A stretch of DNA of 62,155 nt, the filler included, from Bipalium vagum (lineage: Eukaryota), in assembly GCA_037834085.1 (NCBI GenBank). It is 3 parts of 3 records of this genome, joined end to end, with 100 filler letters (N's around TTAATTAATTAA, not from the genome) between each part and the next. Parts side by side here need not be neighbours in the genome. Positions count along the whole stretch, not along the records: positions 16,226 to 41,340 come from JBBMKC010196942.1; 2 more parts are not named here. The stretch is one strand, 5' to 3'. The position numbers were made by a program, and so were the translations under genes. Below are positions 21,301-36,300 of the stretch, one piece after another; the stretch's first letter is position 1; the number at the start of each line of letters is the position of its first letter. The notes beneath the pieces are model-generated. The model searched no databases. It was not told where the DNA came from and saw nothing but the letters and a program-made list of their open reading frames with translations.

Positions 21301-24300
21301 GTAATATTTATATTTTTAAATAATTAATTTTATCCAAATAAATAATAAATGATCTTTGGAATATATCTGGTTCAGCATTATTACGACAGACTTTATTTTC
21401 TAGCTGTAAGCAATATCAATGAAGACAAATAAATTTATAAAAGATGTCTTTTTTTCAAAAAATTATCCAACCAAAATTATCACCATGTCTGAAACAAATT
21501 AAGAAAATTTCAAAGAATTACGATCAATATATTGTTCAACTATAATTTGATCACAATAAATTAAAAATTAATCAGAAAATCATCCTAGGTGCATAGAAAT
21601 CAGAGAAAATTGTAATGAATAAACAGTAACCATTTACATCTGTTTTTTTGCGATAATAATAATCCACAATCCTTGTCAAACCGAAATCTGCAATTTTCAT
21701 TTCATAATTTTCTCCGACGAGAATGTTTCTCGCTGATAAGTCTCGATGTACCACCTTAATAAAAAATTAATTTCTAAATAATAATTGATTAATTAATTTT
21801 TATTGCACATCCTTTCAATAGAATATTATTTTTAAAATTATTTATAAAAAATTCAGAAAACACTTAATTTTTTTTAGTAAACTTAATGAGGTAATTATTT
21901 TACAAACATGCATTATAATTTTCTTTAGTAATAAAAATATCACGATAATAATTATTATATAATCAAACATTTATGCACCAAATTATAGAAGTTTTCTATT
22001 TAATTCAAAACGCTTCGTTACAGTATAGATTTTGCATATCAATTCAATTTTAACTAAACAAAAAAGTCGCTTGGTGATTACGATTTTGCAATTATACTAC
22101 CAATAGATCAACGGAAAAGGACATCATTTTATAAAATCAAATACTCTATGTAATCTGACGGAATTTGAGCCACGGGCAAAAATAGTTGATAATTGCAAAT
22201 AAAAAGAGAGGAAAAATATTTGGTTTCCAAATAAAATTTTATTCAATTTCCTATCTCATTTTATCGAAAAAGTTTATTTCTGAAAGTCATTTTTTAAGTA
22301 AAATAAAAAAAATCTTAACAAGTAAAATAATAAGTAAACATTTTCTCATAATATTCTTGTGTACATCTTACTTCATAGAATATGGTAAGCTTTAAGTGTT
22401 AGCCGCTCCAACCTCTGGATCTTCATTCATGTTGTAAAATAATGGAAAAGAGGCATTTGGTTTTTCGCAGAACCTTTCAATCATTTTTTAAACAAAACAT
22501 TTAACATATTAATTAATTAATAAGGAATTAAAGAGTAAGTAAATTTTACATTATATTTATTTGAGGCTTATAAATCATTTATGTATAAATATATTTGCAA
22601 ACAAAGTAAGACTAGAATATCAGAAAGAATCTTACTGAGAACTTTTATTGAATGAAAATGTGTATATTTTTCCATTAATTTTTCTTTAAAAATGTTAATT
22701 TTTGCTTTGTCTTATAATTATTAAAGCAAGCAAATTTCATTTTTCCTACTTCTAGGACATGGTTAAAGAAAAAAAAATCATTTACTCATTTCTTGTGAAT
22801 TCAATGTTGATAATGTGGCAATGTGAAGAGTATTAGTAAAGGTTGATACAGTGGTAGTTCCAAATTTCAAACTGATGAAAAATGATTTCGACTTAAAACA
22901 ATAAGATGAATATTGCTCAGTAATCATGAGGTAAAATAATTCCTTTTAATTTTCATTGCATGATAAAACCTTTAAAGATCAGATATACTGCAATGAAGTT
23001 GAAATTATACACATTGTCCTTCAAAACAGTAGATTTTTGTAAATTGGAGTCAGTTCAAGAATATTATCTACTACTTTGAAATAGTCAATTGAGGTAATTC
23101 ATGATCATGAATATATTTTTATTTATTTTTATTATTATCTTTTATTAATATACTTTTGTGAAGAATTAAAGATGCTTTTCCTAGTTTTAACCTTACTGGT
23201 ACATTTTCACCTTATTCTGGGAAAATTTGTAAAATATTTTTTCAAATAATTGACATGTCAATTATATAGTTTTAGTTATCGGTTCGTTTTCCATTAAAAT
23301 GACTACTTTTGATTTCTAACTTTCAAACTACAATATTTAATCTAGATTTTATCAAAATTATAATTCTTTTGTGTTAAATAGTTAAGTTTCTTTGAGATTT
23401 CCTTTAGTATTATTTAAACTGGGCTTATCACAAGAAAGCATTATTCCCAGAAAGGATATTTATTATGTATGTTACATGGTTTTACATAAAATCTGAACTG
23501 TTAAGTTCAAGTTTAATTTTTTATTTAAATTAAGATTATGGTGTATAAATATCAACAAGTAAAAAGATAGATATTTATTTTATTTTGTATTTAGTTAAAT
23601 CTATAAGAAATGTGAGTACTGTAATCGATTAATACAGGGGCAGAATCTAAAATCCTTACGAATCTGGGAGTTCATCAAAACAAACTTTCAAAATTGTAAA
23701 TATAAACGTATCCAAAATTTACTGAGATTTATTTCAATTAATTGGGAAATCAACAAGCTCAGAAAAGAGAGGGGCTTAAAATTGTTATCAATGCATATTA
23801 ATTCCATAAAAGAATGGCTCGATGAGGACTAGACGTTTAATCTTTCGAGTAGAAAATATGCCAAAACATTATATCAACCTTCGACATAACAGTATACACT
23901 GTCACAGTTAAGCGATGAATTGATAGTTTCAAATATACATTGAAAAGAATACATTTAGTTCCAGTTAGATGAAATGACTATGATACAATATCCGTTTATG
24001 TAAACTCAGCCTTAGATACCCCAAAAGAAGAAATCAAGTGGAGTCAGATCGAGCGAATCAAGAGATCACTCAGCTGAACCTCATCTTTCAATGCAGATTT
24101 TGGAAAAAAATTCCTATCAGTGTCTTACCATATGTGAATATTGTCCCAGATACCGCACCGTGTCGTGAATACATGACTCTGTCACTTTAAACAATAACAA
24201 GTCGTTCAAGGAATTACTCACAGCGATTATGTCTTCAAAGAAGTATATCCAAATATATGATCTTAAGTTAAACCGTGCTATACTATTACTCTAAAATTGG

Positions 24301-27300
24301 AGTTATGAACTGGAATTTCTTAGGATTAAATGGAGGTTAATTACTCCATTTAGCATGAACTTATTTCTATCTGACCACATTTTTTTTCGAAGTGAGCAAA
24401 TATTTTCACACAAAACTCCATTTTTCTACAAAATTCATCTTTACTGAGCTTAATTAAAATTTTCCGTTAAAATGGAAGCCTGTTTCTCTAATGCCATTGT
24501 AGCACTTGCTGTTTACAGTCATAGTCATTTCGAGAGCCTATCGTCGAATTGACAGATTACCTGATTCTTCGAAATTTTTTTGAACTCTGAATATTTTTAT
24601 TTGATAAAATTGAATCAATCAATTGGATTTTATTTTTTCATTTACACTGTCAGTCTCCTAAAAATTATCTGCTAATTTTTGTTTTATTAACTTGCTCCAC
24701 AAGACAGTTTTAATTTCTTCTTCATCAGAAACCGATATATTTTAAATTTTATCAATTGTTATTTCAAAAGAAGTATGTTAACATACATTATAAAAGCCCG
24801 TATATCAACAAATTTCAAAGAACAATAATTTTTCTATAAATTTTGTGAAAATGATGATTTTTCATTTAATATTTACAATGCTTCCAAATCACAGATTCAA
24901 TAAATAAATTGTTATATGAATATCTCATGTAACAAACTACAAAATAAAATTGTTTGAATGGTGGTTTTGTGTTTGAAAGCTTTTAAAAAATTAATAATTT
25001 TTTATTTTTCTAATAATGTCCAGAAACTAGATTTTTGCCAGTACACAAGACAGTCACTTCATTTCCTCTAGTTTTCCTTTTCATTTTTACCGAAATAATA
25101 TCACCTTTTCTTTTTTCGAATTACCGATGTACTTTCTGATTTAATGCTTTCCAAAAAATTTAATTATTTTTGGACACACTTTCTTTTGGTATTACATTCC
25201 CAGACATTTATAGATTCTATTTGGGTTTATAAGTCTATATTAAGAATTACTGGATTAAAATGATTTATTTTTAACAATTTGGATAATTTTTTTCAAAATA
25301 AATAATTTAAATCATTAATGAAATTAACAACATTAATCTATTTCATCCTTAATTAGAATGGATTTTATTCAGAACTTTATCACACTTTCTCATTGTTATT
25401 ATTAAATTGTAATAAAACTAGTGATTATCATAATTAATGAATGCATCATTAAATGAAACTTTCTCATTTAAATATAAAATAATCATATTTCAAAACAAAA
25501 TTATACTTGACTAACATATTTTGAAGATGACATACAGAAACAAAGATGAATATGTTTTCCTTTACCATTTAACACGTGTAAAAAAATAGGAACAAATGAT
25601 AAATATGTAATCTTATGACTTCCAGTTTTTTTCACAATTGTTTTATACTTGAAAATTTATCTAATCAGAAAAAAATCATTGGAAAAACTCAGTTTCGATA
25701 TACCAAAAACGTTGATTGAAAAACGAGTTAGATATAAAAGATTAATAATTATTTAATTATTATAGATTTCAAATGTGTAGTCCACCATTTATAAAGAATA
25801 TTATCTATTACAAATTAGTAAGATTAAGTTTCGAATTAATTATAATGAAACTGTCGAAGATTGATGGGTCTATAACTTATACGCTTGTCACTTTATGGTT
25901 AATAATAATATGTAGTCTCGCAAACGCTATTTCAATTGAAAAAACTGATTTAACTTTTTTCTGAAGTTTAATCATAAATTGAGTCTTTCTATGAATTTGG
26001 TATATTTCCATTAATTTCTTTATCCTATCATCCACATAAGGCGATTTCCATTAATAATTTAAATTTCTTAAGAAAAAAATTACTTAAAAATTTTCAAATT
26101 TATAAAATTTTAAAAATTCTTATTTTCAGCTGTGTTTACTTTTTACTAAGCAAATAAACATGCCATCTGTAAGTTTTTTAGGTTTCAACCTTTGATATCA
26201 CATATTTACTAATTGTCCGTTATATCTTATATTTTTATTTTCATAGTCAAACAAGATACTTAAGCTTATTCAAATATTTTTATAAATTTCTCATTAGTGA
26301 ATCTTAATGATTTTCTGATTCAAAAATTAAAATAAATTCAAGGATATTAAATAATTGTTCTTCAAAAAACATGCACAAATTAATTTATACAGTGAATTAT
26401 TTGTTTATATACGAGGAAGTAATTTTGAAAAATATCATAATTATGAATTAACACAAATACAATAATATTTCTTCATGAATAATTGTATTATTGTTTTTGT
26501 AACTCAAGCTTAAAAAATATTGAAAATTTTATTTAACAAACTATTTAAAAAATTCAAAAATATTGAAAATGTTTTAATGAATCAAGGAATCTTAGTTTAT
26601 ACGAATAACGCAAAATTTGGATTTAAATTTTAAATTTTCATAATTTTAATTCAGGTTTTTAAAGTATGCATTTTAAAATATATCAGTAAAATTTATTATA
26701 AATAATAAGAAATACAAATGTCCAAAGGAAAGGAACGTGGAATCATTATTTCATTGAAGACAAATGATGTTTTCAATTCTGAAATTGCAGTAATGCGAAT
26801 ATTCGTCAAAAAAGTTGAGAAATATGATATTAAGAAAAAAAATAAAGGTAACACGAAACCTTCACCCTTGGCAAAAGGCCGTATTCGAGAAGAAGCCACC
26901 AAAAGTCATTTGAATTCCAAAAAATTATTGAGAACTGCGGGTATCATCAGTGCATATTGTGACCCGTCTTAAATTTGCAAAAGACCAAATGCATTGGATG
27001 AAGGAATGAGAAGATATATTTTAGATGAAAAGAAATTCAACTTGGATGGTCCTGATTTTTATAGTTGTCATTGGAATGATTTAGCAGACAACAATATCAG
27101 TAGATCAAAGCGTAATTTTGGTGGATGTAGTCTAATGATCTGGGGTTTATTTTCATCTCACGGTGCACTTCCTATATGCTCCATTTTCACTCATATGTTA
27201 ACTTCAATGTATGTAAAACTCTTGGAAGATGTTTCGTCATTTAACTTATAGAAAACGATCACATACATTTCACCTTTCAACAAGAAAATGCATCGATCCA

Positions 27301-30300
27301 CGTTTCCAAGGTATCTCAAGAATGGTTTTACATATGGAAATACCTGTCATAGAGTGGCCTTCATGCAGTCCAGATTGTAATCCGGTGGAAAATCTTTGGA
27401 GGATTTTAACAGTAAAAGTATGTGCCAACAAATGACAATTTGACTATTAAAATCCTCAATAACTGTGTTATGTGTTAGAAGGAATCAGTTCCAAAGTTAT
27501 GGAAAACTTACTAAACTCAATGCCTAACATAATTTTTGAGGTCATCAAACATCAAAGAAAACTAAGGAAGTATTAAAATCTAAATAAGAAAACCATAACG
27601 CTTGTAATTTTCTGTATTTTCTCTTCAAAGTAACTTCTCGAATAAACGAATATTTCCTACCTTTCTATGATTTTCAATAAAATTTCTAGCAGCACTGTTT
27701 TCTGACATAATTCAGTTTATTTTTAACACATTGTTAATATTGTGTCAAAATCGTTATCGCCCATAGATTTTCATTTCGGTATCATGATAGGATCTACGAG
27801 TTATTGACAAAAATGACCTTGTAAAAAAATATTTCTTACTGCATAAAGAAATATTTATAAAGCTGGAATTAAATTTTAAATAAAAAATTCTTCATCTTGA
27901 TAATCAATAAAAAATTAATTAACCATTTAATTTTTAAATTTCCTTTCGCCTTTCGACGTTAAATATATTCAGAATCGGATTTTATGATGTCAATGATTTA
28001 AATAATTAGTAAGTTTTCTAAAAATTCGAAAAATTCTTTTATTAAAAAGACATTTATTCCTTATTAATTATTTTTTAAGTAAAACAATTTTTTGGAAAAG
28101 AATCCAAAACTGTTAATGATACTTTAAACACTCCATTTATCAAACTTTAATTAAGATAAAAAAATTCTAAATTTTCTATCTAGTAGTATAATTTCCATAA
28201 ATAAATAGACATGTATTAATATATATACATAGGCTGTTTTTCTGTTGAACCTATTTAATAATTGGTGATATTTTTATTTGATGTTTTGAGGTTCCAGTTT
28301 CTAAAAGCTTTTATTGGGTTTTATTTGGAAATAATAAATATGTTAATGAAAATGCAATTAATCTCCGCAAATTCGCAAGTCGGTCTGTAATCTCTTAATA
28401 AACTGGCGTTGCTTGGAACCAGGTCATAGTTGAATAGTGGATGAGAAACTAAAATTCTTCAGCTACCATAAAAAAGTTATACATTAAATTTTAAATTTTC
28501 TTGGAAATGATGTTTTTTAAGTTCTAGTGCCAAAAAATACCATAGTTCTTGTTTGGAAATAGCGTGAATTATCACCCTTTTATGTTTAGGTTTTAAAAAA
28601 TAGTTAATAATAGATTTTATTATTTATTATATTAATTTTTATATTGAAGACTAATTTTCATTAAAGGTGGGATATGTTCAAAAAATTACAATTAATTTTA
28701 AAGATTTGTTTGAATGAAACTCTACTAAAGAGATTTACCATAATAAGATCAAAATATGTTTTCTCAGTTTGGAGAATACTATTAATAATAAATGGTGAAC
28801 TGCAATTTGTTTGTCATTTCGACCGAATTCAGATAATATTGTGATATATTTAGGTTCTCAAAAACATTGTATTAACGGATCAGTCCTCTAGAGCTTCTTT
28901 GTATAAAGAATAGTTAATGGAAAATAAAAACCTAATGCGAAAAGATTCTAAGTATTATTTTTTACTGACGCAAAAATATGAATAATTTATTTATAAGGTA
29001 ACATTTTTTCATAAAAAATATTGACTTTACTAGATTCAACAGAAAGAGAACAGCCTTCGTATATATTTTTTATTTATTTTACATTAAAATCATATAAATA
29101 CAATATAATATTTTTATTTACCGATCTTGATGCTAAATATGTCATCCCTTGAGCAATTTGTAACGAATAAACACATAAAATGGAAGGAGTTAAATCATTA
29201 TCAATTTTTTTATTTTTTGAGTATTTTACATTTTTTCCACGAATAAAATCTCTTAGGTTACCGTAAGGAGCCAATTCAACAACAACTCGTAATGGACCTA
29301 TTAACATTAAAAATATATGAACATAAATCAAAAAAATATTTTTATATAATATATTTTAAAAAGCAAAAATTTTATAAAATAATTAATATTATTAAATCAT
29401 AAATCAATGTTTATTTAAATATACTTTTGATTGGTTACAATAATGAATTATACAATAAAAATACATTTACTAACGGTTTGAAGCTGAAAAAAAGATATTA
29501 TTATTAATTTCCTTTTCAAAAATACCAAACATGTTTTATAATAATAAATGTTTAAACAGATTTTGTTTTCCATTGTTAAAAAGTATTTATTTCAGTAAAC
29601 TGATTTCTAAAATTTTCATCAATTAGTGAAATAATTATATTAGTTTTTATAATTACTTTTAATAAAACAATAAATTAATTAATATATTTTTATACTTAAT
29701 ATAAGAGAACGTAAAGAAAAAAGTTATTAGTTATTATCATCATTTCCCCTTGTATATATATTAGGTAAATTTAAAAGAAAATAAGTGAGATCATTTGTGT
29801 ATGTATCCGTCATAAAAAGATAAAAAAATAAAAAAATAGATAAAAATAATTATATTTTCAACAAACAGCAGACTGATTATCGAAAATTAATTTTGAAAAT
29901 TTTTTTTGAAAAATGTTATTTTTATTTTATTTTATATATTTATTTATAAACGAATATTCTTTTTTCTATTTATTCTTATCCATAATTATTATTATTAGGT
30001 TGAAAAATTATCATGATGAAATATAATTCCTTGTCCATCAGCTCTATCCAGACGCATGTTAGCCCTCCAGAGTTTCTTATTGACGATTATACTCAACCCG
30101 GTAATAATTTTATTACTATGCAGAAGCTGATAAAAAACTATAGCTTTCCAATGCTACCGAACAGAAAGAAAAAAATGTTGAGATGTAGATTTGTCCTTTA
30201 GTTGGCCTTATTAATATTTTTATAATAATTTTCTTTATGAAGTAGATAATATCTGTATTTCCATCATACAATAGTAATGCAATACTGTCGTTGAAAATTA

Positions 30301-33300
30301 TCTAATCTCTTTCTATTCTGATATGCGTTGTCAAAACAATGAGCATTATAGACAGTTTAAATGTCAAACAATTTTATGATTAAAACGAATTAATTCAAAA
30401 TCATTAAGATCAAAATTAAGAAATTTTTAAATATTTAAATTAAATTAAAAAAAATTAATTAAAAAAATTAAAAATTTTTTACAATTTTTTACACAAAATT
30501 TTTTATATAATTACATAACAGTTTTTTTCAATATTTCATTTCACTCTTGTATAACACGCAGCCCGGTTTTTGAACCAAAATTGAGATAAAAAAGTGCGTA
30601 TTATACGTGAGATTTTACAGTATATCACATGTTATTTTTCTGTTATGTAAATGCAAAAAACTCGCATTCAAATTTTTTTTTGAAATGGTCCCTTCAAAAG
30701 CTTATGGATTGAGTGGGAAGATTATCAAAAAAGACAACTTGCAATCCAAACCTTCTCATCTTAATTAAAAAACTCAAATTTTATTAAAAACTTTCACGGC
30801 ATACTAACTACATTTATTAATTGAAATGTTAATAACATAAAAAAATTAATGATTGTTTTATTAATACTCAATTTAAGTGATAAAATTTTTAAAGTTCTAA
30901 ACAAGTTCTCATTAACGTAATATTGAAAATAAAGAAATTTACTGTGTATCGGAATATTTATATTTAATAAAATAAAATTTAAATTCAAATGGAAAGTTTT
31001 CTTTTTGAAATAAATTTAAAACAATTACTTTGATGAAGAGACAGGAAATAAAAAAAAATTGGCAATCAGATTGTTATCTTACATAAGAAGCTAATGAGAC
31101 TCTAGAGAGTAGATTCTGTCTGGAAAAGAATTTTATTGAAAAATTTTCAAAGACAAAAATAAAAAGAATCTGAAAACTAACTCGAGCTTCGTGCTGATAA
31201 ATTTGTTATGTCAAAATTAAAGTTTGAGTGAGAAGGTTATCAACAAAGACAATTTGCAATCCAAGCCTTCGCATCTTAATTAATAAACGGAAATTTTAGT
31301 AAAATTTTTATAATTTAAGCTTAAATTAGTGTTTAATACAAATATGTCATCAAATATTGATGGCTATTGAAAGAACTAAATTGAGAATGTCGAATAAATG
31401 CCATAAGTGGCGCCAAGACGAGTCTCCAGGGTCGGGTGTGGCATGAACCATGTCCTATACTCTACATGACCAAGGAATATAATTCATGCTGTCATCAAAA
31501 TTGAAGTTAAAACGTGGAGACAGAAGATAAAAAGGTATCTCAACAGTTTTATGATGTAACTTCTTGACTTGATGATGAGAAAATTTTGTGAGCAAAAGAA
31601 ATTAATACAAAACAATATTATTTTGAGATTTTAAATTCTTAGATTTAATGAAAATTAATTTTAAATAACTTAAATTACCATTTATCTTTAATTTAAACAA
31701 ACTAAATGTTAGCAATAAATAATTGGAGATTGTAAATCTGATTAAAAATATAATATTTTTATCAAAATAAAGATATTTAGATTTTCAGCTAAAATGAAAA
31801 TAAATTGCTGTGAAAAGATAATTTATTTATTTACCGAATAAATTTAATAAAAATTATTAACCAAAGTTAATATATGATAATGGTAAACAATGAATTGTTA
31901 AATTGCCAATGAATAATTTATTGAATTTTTCCTGTGAATTAAAAATCACTTGAATAAAACAAAATAATGCTAATACTTAAAATTTTAATTCCAATCAAAA
32001 AATAATGCGGGAAAAATCAAACATTTTGGAAAAACATAATTAAAAGAGAATAAATTATAAGGAATCCAAAAATCAAATAAAAATGTAGAAATCAACGTGT
32101 CTTTGAACTATTCATAATAGAACCAATGGCAATCAATAAATAAGAAATCACATTCTTTAGGATAATCAAAAATCGCCTAAAGACACAACAGGTGAATAAA
32201 ATATTATGATTCTCCTACTTTATGACACACGTCCCATACTGATGTCATGACTCCTAGACCCAGATATTTTCACAGGACATATGTTTACATTTTGAATGAA
32301 ATGGAATTTATTTCTTTTACCACTTGTATACATATCTTTCTGATTTTAATTGAATTAAAATATCTATAGTAATTATGATCAACATATATAAGAAATACAT
32401 ACCATTTTGAGTACATAGTCCCAGGAGTTGGATTACGTTCGGATGTCTTCCGATGTGCTTCATGATTTCCATTTCTTTAACAAAATCGTAAACGTTAGAA
32501 TCAGAGAAGTCTTCTACAAATGACAGAGTTTTAAGAAAATATTTAAATATATATTATTATTATTATTTTATATAGCTAAATAATAAGAGTAATGATAATT
32601 TTTTAAAAATATTTGTAAAAAATAAATTATTTCACTAAATAAATTCATTGTCGAATACAATTAAAAAAAGGTCATTTCATAGATTCCTTCTGAAAAAAAG
32701 TTCTTTCTTTTGATTAGTTCATTGTAAATATAAAATTAAAAAATATATTTTACAGAAAATAATGATAATATGTTGTCAATATGAACTGATGAAAGTGCCA
32801 TTAAATAATAATTAAAGCAAACTGAACACAATAAAAATATAAATTTCACAAGACAATAAAACTACTGGTTAAAAATCATTTTTTGCATTTCAAACCAAAA
32901 TGAATAATTTTCTGATCCTTTCCAGTAAAAGTGCACGAGAAATAAAATATACGATCCTGATAGACAGACTTATCCTTTTTTAATAAAAAAAATGTGCATC
33001 TCAGTGAATTATTTAAGAGTGAAATCCAAATAAATGAAGTCAAACAAGTTACACAAAAAACATCAGGGGGAATTGTTTTTGATATAATATGAAAGTGAAA
33101 AAAGGCGCACAAGAAATAAATCTCAATTTTAATGGATTATTTCAATTGAATATACCATGATTATCAAGAATAATAATTAAGAAAATGATTTAGAGTTTTA
33201 AGAAAAAATTAAAGAAAAAACAGAAAATAAAATATTTTTTTTAAAAACAAAAAATACTCTGTAACGGAGAAAATATAATTAACCTTATATATAATATATA

Positions 33301-36300
33301 ATATATGTATATCAAAATTAATGTAACTCGTTTTGATGATTAATTATAATTTCATAATAATTTTTTGGTAGAAACATTTTTTCATTTGTTTAATTAATAT
33401 TTTTAAAATTGAAATTTATTTAATCTGACACAAAATCAAAATCAATCTGAATTCGAGATTTTTTACACAATTTCCTATAATTTAAAAAATATATATATCC
33501 AAAAATTAATAAAATTTGACAAAAAATAGTGAGAAACATTGTTAAATATATTTTAAAACATACTTAAGTTGATTACTTTTATTTAAATATTGCTAACCTT
33601 GTTGACAATGAATAACTAATTTTTTATTTAATAAATATAAGAATAATAAAGAAATATAACTATAATTTTTATTATTTTAAAATTAATCATGTGTAAATGT
33701 GAAATTATAATTTTTTAATTAAATAAATTTTTTATAAATTATATTTCAAAGTATATATATGATTGATTTAAATAAATAAAGCGATATTTTAAATTTTTGA
33801 AGAAAATGTAATTTCTATTAAATATATAATAATAATAAATAATAATAATAATAATAATAATAAATAATAATTTTCAATTTTTTTTGATAATGTATTTATA
33901 TAATGAAATTATTTTTTAATTAAATTATTATTTCTATATTTTCTATATTTAACAGTTAGTAGACATCATTTCCTATGAACCACTCAAGAAACATGTCTAT
34001 AATAGTTCTTTAATTAATAAAAATTAATAAAACATATAAATATAAATAAATATTAATAAGAATGCAATTTTATTATTTCTTCATTTTATATTAATATTTA
34101 ATATATCAATAAATGAATAAAGTTGAAAAAAAATTTAAAAATTAGACAACTACATTTTTACATATTTACGTTAAGAATATTAATCTTTTTATACATGAAA
34201 GTGAATAAATTATTTATTTCGGAAATCACTCTAAAGAATATTTTGATTTATTGATCCAATAGATTATACTTGTACATAGTCATGTGATCATTTCAAAATC
34301 CATTTTCAAGTGCATTTCAAAATATTCTTTTTGATAGATAATTAATATAAATAAAAAATTTCTTAATATAAATAATAAATTTCTTAAAAATAGTAATATC
34401 CAGTTCCACGAATTGAGTGGAAACATCTATATTTAAATTTCTGGTTTTTTTCAGAAGATCTTAGTTCATTTTTTGGGCATTGTTTAAACGATTCAAATAC
34501 CAATCTAACAACTCCCGCCAAATTGTATTTCGATAATTTACATAGAAATTTTATGAAATGTTTTAATTTTGTTTTTTATATAATATCAAAAATATCTTTG
34601 GAAATGAGTGACAAAAAACAAACATTTGACAATGCATCAGATATGAATTTCAGCAAGGTAAGAATAAAAATGAAACTTTTAAATCGATATACTTTAGTCT
34701 TGGGGAGAATGCATTTTCTCCCTGCACATGAAAGTTTTGTTCTGTAGATTCAAGGAAAAAAAATTTGATGTTACTGTAATCTAAAAACTTGGAAGCATTG
34801 CTGAGTGTGAATACTGTCTAGACGCAAGCCGAACTAGACACATAATTGGAAGTCAACCAAACAGTTGTTAACAGACCGTTACAAGAAAGGGGAAAAAATC
34901 AGAAGTTTGGAAATTGGGTGCCACATGAACTATCAGATATCATTGTCTTTTATACCTGTTAACAATATGTGCGTCACAAAAAGGATTTTTAATGAAATAT
35001 TGTCAATGGAAACGAAAAATAGATTACTTATGATAATCATAAGCGCAGACCTTCGTAGGTGGAACCTGGTATGTTAGATATTCGGTCAAAAAAACAATCA
35101 CAGAAAAAAGATACTATTTTGCATATGGTGGGATATGAAAGATTCTCCTCATTAGAGCTCCTTCAAGTATGTGAGACGATTAATACCGAACGTTACAGCA
35201 ACCTGTTAACTAATTTAGCTGAAGAAATAGAAAAAAAACTTTTTCTGACAAGAATAATTTACTGCATACGCAGGAAAAAAATTACAATTTGGATTGGAGG
35301 TTCTTCCTTACTCAGCTTACTCTCCGGACCTAGCTCCTAGAAATTATCATCTGTTTCTTTTAATTCTACTCTTTTTAGCCTGATATCATTTCAAAAATGT
35401 TTCCAAGATACGAACATTTTTGAATAATTTCCTTGCCTCGAAATCTACAACTTTTTATTGTTCTGGAATTTGCAAAATACATGAAAGGTGAAAAACAATG
35501 ATAGACAATAATGGGTCTTATATTGCTGATTCATCATTTTTACCTCTGTTGTCAAAATAAATAATTATTAGCTTTTTTATTACATTAAATTTTACTTTTA
35601 ATATAAGAATAAAACTTATACTTACTCTTAATAATATTCTCATTTTTCTGATTTTTCTTAAATATCACAATTATGATTTTAACGGGTTACAACTAAAAAT
35701 TTGTACTAATTTTAAATGCAAATAAAATTTCTAAGATATAACCAAATTCAATTCTGTTTAAAATCAATCATAAGCTGGTATGTATTTAATTGATTTAATA
35801 TATAATATCGACTTTTTTAACAAAATTAATCTCAGAAATGACGTCAAAACAAGAAGTACTTCAAATTCGAATTGTACAATTTTATGAAAAATATATTGAT
35901 GTTGGCAAAAAGTTCCCCGTGGATCATATAGGATCAAAACGCACAACCTATAATATTCTAAAAGGTCAACAAGTAAATCGTAAATCAGGATCTGGTAGAA
36001 TACCAGGTATTATGACAAGTAAACGTTTAAAACTCCTGGAGCGCATGTTCGACAATAAAGACAATATACGTCAAAATGAAGCTGCAACAACTTTTCGAAG
36101 GCATTGAAAAAGGTTGGTGTGATAGCCAGGAAGAAGAGCAAGTCACCAGCATATACGGAATCTTATATATTACAATTAATAAGATGTCGTTGAATGATCA
36201 AAAATTACTCGAGAAAAATTTATATTTTGGATTACGAAAGTTATTTCCCTTTAAGTAAGAATAAAATGCCCGGTTATTACTTATTACAATTATTACTCAA

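Noticed and set aside
24700-24740. Minus-strand CTGATGA...GAAA, a possible minimal hammerhead ribozyme (similar 7-mers near 22873 and 32786)
   Set aside because: No convincing flanking helices. Such matches are expected by chance in AT-rich DNA.
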